This document shows positions 40,843 through 49,405 of a stretch of DNA of 64,000 nucleotides, piece by piece. The translations under genes were made by a program, and so were the position numbers. Each line of letters starts with the position of its first letter. Position 1 is the first letter of the stretch. The notes beneath the pieces are model-generated. The model had not been told where the DNA came from, did no database searches, and saw nothing but the letters and a program-made list of their open reading frames with translations. This stretch comes from a candidate division LCP-89 bacterium (GTDB lineage Bacteria > Electryoneota > B3-LCP): contig JALGVT010000007.1 in assembly GCA_025774555.1 (NCBI GenBank), positions 17,327 to 81,326 on the forward strand. The letters are read 5' to 3'.

Positions 40843-40937
40843 TGTCATCCTGGACTTGATCCGGGATCCAGAAAATGTCGGAGTCGGGGACGACTCCGAC
40901 TACGGAGAGGTAGGGACGCACGCTGGTGCGCCTTTTT
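40843..40937. terminator. 3' element: tgtcatcc + hairpin + P2 palindrome (40877..40905) + GTAGGGACGCAC-GCTG-GTGCGCC + T5; bidirectional terminator with convergent leuC
   Basis: stem-loops and T-tract read directly. Confidence 0.55.
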
Positions 40938-40959
40938 ATTACGTCACTAATCTGACGAC

Positions 40960-42201
40960 TTATAATCCTGCTATCTCACCTTGCAGCGCTGACAACGCTG
41001 CTGTAACCGGAGAACAGAGGTAGGTCTCCCCCGCTCCCTGTTTGCCAGCGAAATTACGGTTGGAGGTCGATAGCTGCACTTCGCCTTTACCGGTCATCCC
41101 CACCTGCCCGGAAGCGCATCCCCCGCACCCGGCGCCAGTGATAATAGCTCCAGCATTGAAAAGGTCGTTCAGCAGGTCTTCTGCCAGCATCTGACGATAG
41201 ACTTCTCGCGTGGCGGGTACTATCTTCAACATCACACCTGAAGCGATTCTATTTCCGCGCAGGACATCAGCAACGGCGCGTATGTCCTCGATACGTCCGT
41301 TGGTACACGATCCAATGAATACCGAATCGATCTTTCTACCGGCAACTTCACGCACCGGCACCACGTTATCGGGACTGGGCGGGCAAGCGATCATCGGTTC
41401 TAAATTGGAAATGCCGATTTCGATGGTATCGACGTAATCTGCGCCATCATCCGCGATGAACGGCTTAATGCCCGATTTACCGCTTCTCTGCTCACAATAT
41501 TCGATCACCTCCATAGAAGGATAAATAAAGTAGCTGATTGCGCCTGTCTCCGTCGCCATCGAAGCCAAAGTTATGCGTCCGGAGAGGTTCAACGCATTGA
41601 CCGCTGCTCCTTCGATTTCAACGGCGCGCCCTAAAGCTCCAGCGGAACCGAGAGTGCCGACGAGTTTTAAGGTCAGGTCTCGTGGGGTGCAGTTTCCCGG
41701 CAGTTTTCCCTTGAAAATCACCTTCATCGTAGGCGGGACTTCAAACCAGGTTTTTCCCGCTTTAAAAATAAACGCTATATCCTGGTCGCCCATTCCCTGA
41801 CCGAAAGCTCCGATAGCGCCCATGATGTTGAAGTGGCTGTCAGTGCCGACGCCGGTGGCTCCGGGCCAGACCAGACCCTCTTCGATGGCGGTATGAGTGC
41901 CGATGCCGCGGTCCACGTCGAAGACTTTGATATCGTTCTCGCGGGCAAAACAGCGGCAGATATGCTGATTGTCCGCATAACCGATGGTGTTCGCCGGAGC
42001 GTTCGTATCGAAGGTGAAATAGGTCTTCGAAACGTCTCCAACCGGATCATCTGAGTAGTTTTTCTTCAGGTTTCCAACGACGTTGGCTCCACCGAAATCC
42101 CTTGCCGAACGGTAGTCTATATCCATCCAGACGATGTCGCCGGGTTTCGGATCGCTGCTGCTGTGAGCGCTGATGATTTTCTCAATTATTGTTTGTGGCA
42201 T
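40960..42201 (-). CDS. leuC: 3-isopropylmalate/homoaconitate dehydratase large subunit, short (archaeal-type) LeuC/HacA
   Basis: aconitase-family motifs GTDSHFNIMGAIGAFGQGMG, IGSCTNGRIEDI, STSNRNFAGKQG; 413 aa; no adjacent small subunit. Confidence 0.75.
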   Translation of the reverse strand: MPQTIIEKIISAHSSSDPKPGDIVWMDIDYRSARDFGGANVVGNLKKNYSDDPVGDVSKTYFTFDTNAPANTIGYADNQHICRCFARENDIKVFDVDRGIGTHTAIEEGLVWPGATGVGTDSHFNIMGAIGAFGQGMGDQDIAFIFKAGKTWFEVPPTMKVIFKGKLPGNCTPRDLTLKLVGTLGSAGALGRAVEIEGAAVNALNLSGRITLASMATETGAISYFIYPSMEVIEYCEQRSGKSGIKPFIADDGADYVDTIEIGISNLEPMIACPPSPDNVVPVREVAGRKIDSVFIGSCTNGRIEDIRAVADVLRGNRIASGVMLKIVPATREVYRQMLAEDLLNDLFNAGAIITGAGCGGCASGQVGMTGKGEVQLSTSNRNFAGKQGAGETYLCSPVTAALSALQGEIAGL

Positions 42202-42241
42202 AATAATTATTCAGATTTATTTATCTTTGTCATTTACTGGT

Positions 42242-42266
42242 GGGGCAGACATTCCTGTCTGCCTAT
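42242..42266 (+). repeat. RAYT-flanking hairpin (left copy)
   Basis: ggtggggcagacattcctgtctgcc. Confidence 0.6.
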
Positions 42267-42745
42267 TTGTCAGATTATCAGTATCTTGTATGCAAATATA
42301 AAGAGCAGAATATTCCTCTGGGACACTGCACAATTCTGCTTTTATAGGATTATTATAGATATAATTGAGTTTCTCTAGAAATTCGTTATAATCTCTTATG
42401 ATTCGATCAAAAGATTCATCCTGCCAGATTGAGCCTGTTTTACGACGAAGTTGATTGATTTTTCTTGCAGATACTCCCTTGATTCCTTTCATAATCCTAG
42501 AAAGAGGAAACTGCGTAAAAGGTGTAATAATAAGATGAACATGGTCTGGCATTATTACCGCAGCAGATAATCTGTAATATTTTTGATCTCCATTTAGTAT
42601 GTGATTTAACACCGCAACTCGCTCAGAATATGAGATATTATCGTGTTTAACTCGAAAGGTAATATAATAGGCAGCATCTTCAAGTATCCAATGTGGAAGC
42701 CTCCGATGGGCGATCTGAAAAACAGGTTTTTCAGTGGCAGACAAG

Positions 42746-42774
42746 AATGTCTGCCCCACCCTTTTCTTGGTTTC
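42746..42774 (-). repeat. RAYT-flanking hairpin (right copy, inverted)
   Basis: revcomp reads gggtggggcagacattcttgtctgccactg. Confidence 0.6.
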
Positions 42775-42854
42775 ATTCACCCAAGCCCCACCATTTCCTT
42801 GCTTTCAGCAATCCAATTCTCTGTTAATATAATTTCCTACTGCATTGTTACCTT

Positions 42855-43973
42855 TTATTTCCTCACCCAGTTCCTGAATTTCTGATAGCTGATGCTTGCG
42901 GTCAAATCAAAGCGGAGTTCATCGATAAAATCGACGTCGCTGCCGGGTTCATATTCGCGGACTACGTTCAGTCTTGCCCATTCGGGTCCAAGACCAATTC
43001 CGGTATATATGAACGAACGGTGCGCCTTATGATCTACTGACCAGCCAACGCGTCCACTAAACAGACAGTACAGATTCGCCTCAAAACCGAGGCGTGAGGT
43101 CCAGCCACCTTCATGGTCGCCTCCGCCCCATGCTTGAAAGAGCGCATCCGTGGCTTTGTTGTATCCACCGAGAGGATGATCCGGGTCGTCGCTCTTCTTG
43201 CGTGATACGAGTAGCTTCTGCAGTTGTGCGGCAACTCTGAAATCCCAGATTCGCCCCTCATAGACGCCCCATAAAATATCGCTGCGGAAGGTCTGGGGCA
43301 GCATTTCATAATCAGGCGAGTAATCATATTCAATTCTGCCGCCTAAGTTCTGAAATGCCAATCCAACGGCAATACCTCTCGAGAATGGTCTGCCGAATCT
43401 GAAACGTGGATCCCGCTTCCTGATTTCCGGTTTGCCTATCGTGATTTGTGGGAAAAGATTGCTGTAGACCGCTCCAAAATCAAAAGCCATCTTGTAGGAT
43501 TTTGACCAGGATTCGTTCAAAGGTGTAAACCCAGCCTTGCTGGTGGTGAGAATTTTAAAAGCCAACCCGAGTGACAGATCCACCCTCCTGGATGGTTTTC
43601 CCGCGATAATTAAAGCTGAACCTTCCTCATCAGGATAATCTGTTCCCTCGATACCCTGCCGGAAGTAATAGCTAAAGCCCAGGTATCCGAATTCGCTGTG
43701 CGCGCCGAAGATCACGTTGAAGTAATCGTAATTGGGACCTGAATGTGGATGCGGATTCAGATATGCCGATCCATTTAAATCAGCCGTCAATGCCTGAGCA
43801 GCGGGATTATACAGTCCGCCTGATGCATCTCCCAGCAGCGTTCCGCAGCCTCCCATACCGAGCGATCTCGCACCAGTTTCAAGCACAAGAATCTTCCCGG
43901 CGGTGTTAATGTCATACGACCAGGCTGGCAGGGAAAGCAATATACTGAATAGAATGACGAGGGGCTTTTTCAT
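42855..43973 (-). CDS. Outer-membrane beta-barrel protein, PorV(LptO)/FadL-like
   Basis: signal peptide; ETGARSLGMGGCGTLLGDASGGLYNPAA resembles the conserved N-terminal motif of PorV/FadL-type barrels; aromatic C-terminus ...FRNWVRK. Confidence 0.4.
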   Translation of the reverse strand: MKKPLVILFSILLSLPAWSYDINTAGKILVLETGARSLGMGGCGTLLGDASGGLYNPAAQALTADLNGSAYLNPHPHSGPNYDYFNVIFGAHSEFGYLGFSYYFRQGIEGTDYPDEEGSALIIAGKPSRRVDLSLGLAFKILTTSKAGFTPLNESWSKSYKMAFDFGAVYSNLFPQITIGKPEIRKRDPRFRFGRPFSRGIAVGLAFQNLGGRIEYDYSPDYEMLPQTFRSDILWGVYEGRIWDFRVAAQLQKLLVSRKKSDDPDHPLGGYNKATDALFQAWGGGDHEGGWTSRLGFEANLYCLFSGRVGWSVDHKAHRSFIYTGIGLGPEWARLNVVREYEPGSDVDFIDELRFDLTASISYQKFRNWVRK

Positions 43974-44776
43974 CAGGAAATATCCCTCTGCGCAGGACCG
44001 TCATATTCAAACGGAGGCGGTCCCAATTTTCGCATGGTTTTTTCACGAGTCCATTCTTCGATGACATGAGCGATCAAACCGGGAACGCGGCTGATGATGA
44101 AGAAGCCTTTGCCCAAGCGCCAGTCGAATCCCATCTCGCTGATGACCGCGGCAATAGCGCCGTCCACGTTCAGCGGAAGGTCTCTGCCGGAGGTACGTTC
44201 CAGCTCGTCCTGAACGGCTACAGCCAATTCGATGATCCTGCCCTTATATCCGATTCTTTCAGCGATTTCCAGCATCTTGACGGTGCGAGGATCCCGCTTA
44301 TGGATGCGGTGACCGTAACCGGGCATACGGATTTTCTTTTCCTTTAAATCGGCGACAAGCTGCACCGCCAGTTCTTCAGGCGTCCCCTCCTTTTGCACCC
44401 ATTCCTGTAGGATTTTCGCGCATTTTTCAATGGCTCCGCCGTGTGAATCGCCGATAGTCAGTACTCCGGCTGCGACGGCTGCGTTCAGGGAATTGCCTCC
44501 CGAGAAAACGGTGCGCGCGGCGAGATTCGAGGGCGGCGTGGGACCGTGATCGATCGATGAGACGAGCATCGCTTCTATCATTCTGCGCTGCTGGTTATCA
44601 GGAAGTTCGCCCTTGAGAATCAGATATATTACGTCGGAGAATGACAGATGCTCCATGATGTCGGCGATATCGTAGCCGCGCACTCGTATCTGACCGCCGC
44701 CGATATCGGTTATGGCAGTTTTCCAGGTTGGTTCTGACATGATTTCCTCTCTGAAATCCGTTAATTCCAGTTCCAA
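43973..44776 (-). CDS. Citrate synthase family short-form protein (citryl-CoA lyase-like)
   Basis: 267 aa; GYGHRIHK signature of the citrate synthase active site, homologous to the C-terminal domain of citrate synthase/ATP-citrate lyase. Confidence 0.55.
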   Translation of the reverse strand: MELELTDFREEIMSEPTWKTAITDIGGGQIRVRGYDIADIMEHLSFSDVIYLILKGELPDNQQRRMIEAMLVSSIDHGPTPPSNLAARTVFSGGNSLNAAVAAGVLTIGDSHGGAIEKCAKILQEWVQKEGTPEELAVQLVADLKEKKIRMPGYGHRIHKRDPRTVKMLEIAERIGYKGRIIELAVAVQDELERTSGRDLPLNVDGAIAAVISEMGFDWRLGKGFFIISRVPGLIAHVIEEWTREKTMRKLGPPPFEYDGPAQRDIS

Positions 44777-44967
44777 TCGTCGGATTCCTCCGATGGAGAC
44801 ACTTCGTGGTGGGAATCCGACCTATGGTTCTGTTCAATAATACGAAATTATGCGGCAAATTGCAAGTAAATTCCGCAGGGGAGTTGTACCCCGCCATAAA
44901 TGACGGGTTTACGAATAAACAAATCCTCTGAAGAGGGCTTCTTTCAAGGAATAAGTCGGATTCAGGG

Positions 44968-45068
44968 GAATCCAACCTACAAAAGCTGGATCACGGAAAA
45001 ACTCGGATTATTCGGATTGCGCGGATGAATGTTACGTGGTGGTAGGGGCGAGGTTACCTCGCCCCTAC
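44968..45068 (+). repeat. 101-bp direct repeat copy 1 (ends with P1 REP 45042..45068)
   Basis: ~95% identical to 47234..47334; flanks the 45262..47160 gene. Confidence 0.7.
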
Positions 45069-45149
45069 CATTACTACATGGAAAATGGTGATCGTAAGCG
45101 CGCACAGCATGCCGAATTCCAGATATCGGTCTATGGCAAAATATTGCGC

Positions 45150-45178
45150 TTGACTTTCTAAAAAGAAATAATTATATT
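45150..45178 (+). promoter_or_regulatory. Putative sigma70 promoter (attgcgcTTGACTttct-17-TATATT)
   Basis: same attgcgcttgactttct block as at 47686. Confidence 0.45.
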
Positions 45179-45261
45179 GCACGAGAAAAGCATTGCTTTT
45201 CATCCAGATAATAAATATATTTAGCAAACCCAAATCCGTCCCAACTAATTTGAGGTGCAAA

Positions 45262-47160
45262 ATGCAGAGACAACTCTACCTACTACTACTAATTCTTCTA
45301 ATCATTCCAACGCTCCTGATTGCTGCTCCAGCGAATGTAAGACCAATGTATCCCCTGCCGCCTATCTTCACCGGGCTTGAGGATGTGCCGGATAACATTC
45401 CAGTCGTTCATCCGCCCTATAATCTATCTGATATCGATGGTATCGACATATTGGGTGATACCGTCACAGTGGGCGACACCTGGTATGAATACCAGCATAA
45501 CGCTACGATCGGCAGACAGATCAGGTTAAGCGATGACGGTTACATTCACATGGTCTGGACCAAAGGTGAAGATGAACCATCCAACAACCGGCATATCTAT
45601 TACAACTACATCGATCCATCAGGTCAACAGGGTTGGCAAGGCAGTGGATATGCCGTAGAATCTTCACAACGCGGTGGTTTTACCAGCCTTGCAGTAGGCT
45701 GGGATGGCATCGCATTCCCGGCTTTTCACCAGGTTACAGGAACGAATGCTCACACAGCGGTCGCCACTGACTTCTTCCCCCATGCGGGAGCGTTCCTAGT
45801 TTATGAAATACCTTGGTACAACGGGCAAGACCTGGAATATATCTGGCCCAGAATTACGATGAAAACGGATGGTGAAATACTCGTCACCAGCGTAGGCAAC
45901 TCCGATCCCACGGGCGCTTCAGGCATGACCTGGTCAATGGGAACCTATGATCCTCTGACATACAGCATAAGTTATACTCCACAGATATTATGCGGACCTT
46001 TTACCCATATTTCTAATGAAGTCGGGGCATCGCGAGTGTCCAACCGAGTCGGTAGCGCTTACTGCGCACCGCTTGAAAACGACGTAGGTGGATGGGATGT
46101 CCACGCGATGATTGACAACGATGGTCTGGACTTGAATTTCGATAACTACTGGAACGTTACGAAGTTCATGGAGCCTGATCTCGCCTGGCTGCCGGATACT
46201 CTTATGGCTAATGCGGACACACTTCGAGCCTACTGTGACGTTTCCATGTTTTACGACATGGATGACTACTGCCACATCGCTTTCACAACCTGCCGCTGGT
46301 TTGAACTGGAAGGCGGTCTGGTTTATTGGAACGCTTCGCTGATCTGGCACTGGTCGGAACGCTGGCCCAACGATTATCATGTCATCGCAAACGCCTTTGA
46401 CCCAGATAGTTTTGTCGATTGCGGCGGTTGGAATTTCCGTGGTCAACGCCCGTCCCTTGGTCAGGATCCTGAAACCGGTTACCTCTATTGTATGTACCAG
46501 GAATTCGACGTCGATTCAACTGCGATTTCTCTGGGCGGTTGGCCCTCAGGCGAGGTTAAAATATCGGTTTCGACCGATAACGGCGCGACCTGGTCAGTGG
46601 GAACGAACATCACCAATACGGTTACACCAGAAAATGCTCCCCCAGGAGAATGCCTCTCTGAAGCGTATCCCTCTATGGCGGAAGTAGTTGACGGCAACTG
46701 TCATGTCCTGTATGTTCTCGACTTAGATGCAGGCGCATTCCTTCAGACTGAAGGAACCATTACACTTAATCCCATCATCTACCACAAAGTGCCGGTCGAT
46801 CTCATTCCGACGTCGCCGACAGTGGAGAACCTGACATTCCACGTGGCGCATACCGGACCGGTAGTATCGACAGAGCCGGAAGATGAAGCAAAACTAACGA
46901 AGTTTGCGCTACAGCAGAACAATCCCAATCCTTTCAATCCGAACACGACGATACAGTTTTCGCTGGAAACCATAAGCGATATCCGTCTATCGGTGTACAA
47001 TCTGAGGGGTGAGCTGATATCCACACTCGCTGATGGAGCTTTTTCAGCCGGGATACACACCATCGCTTTCGACGGCAGCCGTCTCTCTTCAGGCTTGTAC
47101 GTTTACCGTCTTGAAACGGAAGGCAAATGTCTCCAGAAGAAGATGCTGTTACTAAAGTAG
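45262..47160 (+). CDS. Secreted BNR-repeat protein with T9SS C-terminal sorting domain
   Basis: RBS gaggtg; signal peptide MQRQLYLLLLILLIIPTLLIAAPA; SVSTDNGATWSVG BNR motif; CTD NPNPFNPNTTIQFSLE...KKMLLLK (ORF-track start 45193 is upstream, in-frame). Confidence 0.65.
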   Translation: MQRQLYLLLLILLIIPTLLIAAPANVRPMYPLPPIFTGLEDVPDNIPVVHPPYNLSDIDGIDILGDTVTVGDTWYEYQHNATIGRQIRLSDDGYIHMVWTKGEDEPSNNRHIYYNYIDPSGQQGWQGSGYAVESSQRGGFTSLAVGWDGIAFPAFHQVTGTNAHTAVATDFFPHAGAFLVYEIPWYNGQDLEYIWPRITMKTDGEILVTSVGNSDPTGASGMTWSMGTYDPLTYSISYTPQILCGPFTHISNEVGASRVSNRVGSAYCAPLENDVGGWDVHAMIDNDGLDLNFDNYWNVTKFMEPDLAWLPDTLMANADTLRAYCDVSMFYDMDDYCHIAFTTCRWFELEGGLVYWNASLIWHWSERWPNDYHVIANAFDPDSFVDCGGWNFRGQRPSLGQDPETGYLYCMYQEFDVDSTAISLGGWPSGEVKISVSTDNGATWSVGTNITNTVTPENAPPGECLSEAYPSMAEVVDGNCHVLYVLDLDAGAFLQTEGTITLNPIIYHKVPVDLIPTSPTVENLTFHVAHTGPVVSTEPEDEAKLTKFALQQNNPNPFNPNTTIQFSLETISDIRLSVYNLRGELISTLADGAFSAGIHTIAFDGSRLSSGLYVYRLETEGKCLQKKMLLLK

Positions 47161-47233
47161 CCTTAAGACTCTAACAAAAAAGGGGCATGCGATGCATGCC
47201 TCTTTTTCTATTAGGTTGCTTGTCGGTTTCGGA

Positions 47234-47334
47234 GAATCCTACCTACAAAAGCTGGATCACGGATAAGATCGGATTATTCGGATTGCGCGGATGAATGTTG
47301 CGTGGTGGTAGGGGCGAGGTTACCTCGCCCCTAC
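47234..47334 (+). repeat. 101-bp direct repeat copy 2 (ends with P1 REP 47308..47334, followed by CTAC-rich tail)
   Basis: see copy 1. Confidence 0.7.
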
Positions 47335-47410
47335 CCCTACCACTACCATTACCACTGAGGATGGCTGCGCCACACAGGAATTAATCCTCTTACTGAGTGA
47401 CTTAAACGTT

Positions 47411-47506
47411 GCGTCAGGTCCTAAGCGCAGCGGAGACCTGACGCCGAAACGCTTGCAAATAAAAGTGTCAGGTCACATCCGTCAACCGACGGACAGGACC
47501 TGACAC
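47411..47506. repeat. Two P3-family hairpins (gcgtcaggtcc...ggacctgacgc and gtgtcaggtcacatccgtcaaccgacggacaggacctgacac) bracketed by 13-nt direct repeats actgagtgactt(a/c)a at 47392 and 47515
   Basis: second P3 copy at 58787..58822. Confidence 0.55.
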
Positions 47507-47693
47507 AACAGATAACTGAGTGACTTCACAGCAAAGCATCCCCACCAAATGGAACGATCCAATTATTAACAGCTTTCAGCAGCAATTATAAAATTTCTGC
47601 CGTTTCGGAAAAAAAGGTTTGCAAAATCAATAGAAATTTTGTAATTTTATAGTATAGAAATCCATTTAGCCCGGAGGTGCAAAAAATTGCGCT

Positions 47694-47721
47694 TGACTTT
47701 CTCACATAAAAGCCTTATACT
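47694..47721 (+). promoter_or_regulatory. Putative sigma70 promoter (attgcgcTTGACTttct-16-TATACT) for 47770 operon
   Basis: consensus hexamers; conserved upstream block. Confidence 0.45.
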
Positions 47722-47769
47722 ATTACCTAAGATGGAGATTGGTAACCTGAAGCCAACGAGGAGGCAGGT

Positions 47770-48777
47770 ATGCAGGTGAGAGATAACGAAACCCAACTAC
47801 TCTATGGATTATTCCAGGGGATATGTACCTGGGCCATGGAAAAAGGGTACAAAGACATCTCGGGGATGAAGAACCTCCTGAAACTGGCGATGGTTGACAC
47901 CTGCCGACAGAAGCATGCCGACAAGTCATCTTTTGCGACGCAGATGGCAATCGTCACCGATCTGGGCATTTCACTGCGAAACGTCCAGTACACGCTGAAA
48001 AGGCTGGAAGATCTGAAAGATATTTCCAGCGATTACGTCAAAATCCGCGAGATACAGAAGGAGATAACGGTCACTCTGCTGCGCGCGCCGCAAACGGATG
48101 AAGAGATCCTTGCTGAAGTTTCCTATCTCATCCATGCACCCCACGATCTGCAGAAACGGACTCTGCGAACAATCCTGACCGATATGGTGCAAAAGGGTGT
48201 TATCACCGCTGAAGTTGAAGATGGCATAACATCTTACAAAACGGAAAAATCACATGTCGACCTTTTCGACATGACCGATCTTTCCGCCCGAGTATCCGGG
48301 CTGCTCACGCACATTGACGTATTCAACCACACTGTGGGAAAACCAGTCTATAAAACCTTCCAGCTTGAAGAAGATCAGGCGAGGGGACTGCAGACTGCCA
48401 TCAACGAGTTTCTACGGGGCACAGGTAACGCTTTAGAACATGAATGCCGCGAGGCGAAAGAGGTGACCAAGCCCTATTATTTCTATCTGGGGAGCGCGCC
48501 GGTACCGGAAATGGAGCATCCACCGCCTTTGCCAGACGCAATACTGAAAGTAGTCCAGGCGCGTTTTGCTGATCCGGAATCAGCCTCGTTGCTGAGAAAT
48601 CACTGGTACCAGTTGACTCCGGCGAGCGCTAAAGCTGTCTTCAATGAAGTCAGCAGTTTCCTCAAGAGAGAGGGGGTATCTGCCATGAACAATGGAAATG
48701 CCGCGAAGAATGACCCGTTCGTTTTCTATTTTGGCATGGCGGATCGTCAATTAATGAAATCAGAAGAGGAGATATAA
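47770..48777 (+). CDS. Hypothetical cytoplasmic protein with N-terminal winged-HTH-like segment
   Basis: 335 aa; FATQMAIVTDLGISLRNVQYTLKRLEDL resembles a wHTH recognition helix; no recognisable catalytic motifs. Confidence 0.35.
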   Translation: MQVRDNETQLLYGLFQGICTWAMEKGYKDISGMKNLLKLAMVDTCRQKHADKSSFATQMAIVTDLGISLRNVQYTLKRLEDLKDISSDYVKIREIQKEITVTLLRAPQTDEEILAEVSYLIHAPHDLQKRTLRTILTDMVQKGVITAEVEDGITSYKTEKSHVDLFDMTDLSARVSGLLTHIDVFNHTVGKPVYKTFQLEEDQARGLQTAINEFLRGTGNALEHECREAKEVTKPYYFYLGSAPVPEMEHPPPLPDAILKVVQARFADPESASLLRNHWYQLTPASAKAVFNEVSSFLKREGVSAMNNGNAAKNDPFVFYFGMADRQLMKSEEEI

Positions 48778-48779
48778 TC

Positions 48780-49103
48780 ATGCTGCGGAAAAAAAGAATA
48801 TTACTCACTGTCTTTATCGGCTCGCTAACACTGCTCTTTATCATAGTACCTGCTTCGATGGCGAAAGACACCCGGATCCCGCCCAAGAATGACGAAACGT
48901 CTCTGGCACGCATCACAACCAGCACAGTTGAAATCGTTGAGGATTCCTTCTTCTTCAACCTCTGGCAGTTGCTGAACGGCAATAGTAACCATGATGTGAG
49001 AACGAATTATCTGAATTCAAAGGATAATCCCGGGCACGGCTCGTCTCCATATAAACCGTGCGGCGGCGAAAATGGGTGTATTATGATGACTGACAAACCG
49101 TGA
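48780..49103 (+). CDS. Small hypothetical secreted protein, translationally coupled to 47770 gene
   Basis: 107 aa, signal peptide, C-terminal CGGENGC. Confidence 0.35.
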   Translation: MLRKKRILLTVFIGSLTLLFIIVPASMAKDTRIPPKNDETSLARITTSTVEIVEDSFFFNLWQLLNGNSNHDVRTNYLNSKDNPGHGSSPYKPCGGENGCIMMTDKP

Positions 49104-49136
49104 TCTGATCCTAATAATAAATAGATAGTCGATTGA

Positions 49137-49168
49137 CAGAGTGAACCCCGGTTCACTCTGTTTTTTTT
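49137..49168 (+). terminator. Rho-independent terminator (cagagtgaaccccggttcactctg + T8)
   Basis: 10-bp stem + tttttttt. Confidence 0.7.
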
Positions 49169-49405
49169 GCTGAATAGTTTAACGCATTTAAATCGTGCAG
49201 GGATTGCCATAATCTCATTATTCTTAAGTAATTATATTCAAGCAGTACGATACTGGATAATGCACAATGTGCATAATCAATCTAGCGCTTATTCCGATCT
49301 GACAGCATTTATTATTTGAATTAATCTTGATAATACTGGCAGGTACAAATTTTGCTTAAGTATTTGTAAGTTACGAAAATAGAAACACTCAAAAAGGGGG
49401 TCATC

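Larger units (their letters stand above)
42217..42780 (-). mobile_element. REP-associated tyrosine transposase (RAYT; IS200/IS605 TnpA-like Y1 HUH transposase)
   Basis: RRLPHW...YYITFRV...MPDHVHLII (HUH) ...catalytic Tyr region (YIYNNP); inverted copies of ggtggggcagacattcYtgtctgcc at 42242..42266 and 42746..42774 bracket the gene. Confidence 0.75.

Noticed and set aside
1787-40937. Integron attC-like sites after cargo genes
   Set aside because: No integron integrase, no R''/L''-L'/R' core symmetry, and elements vary greatly in length. The GTAG-head plus RAYT context fits REP/BIME better.
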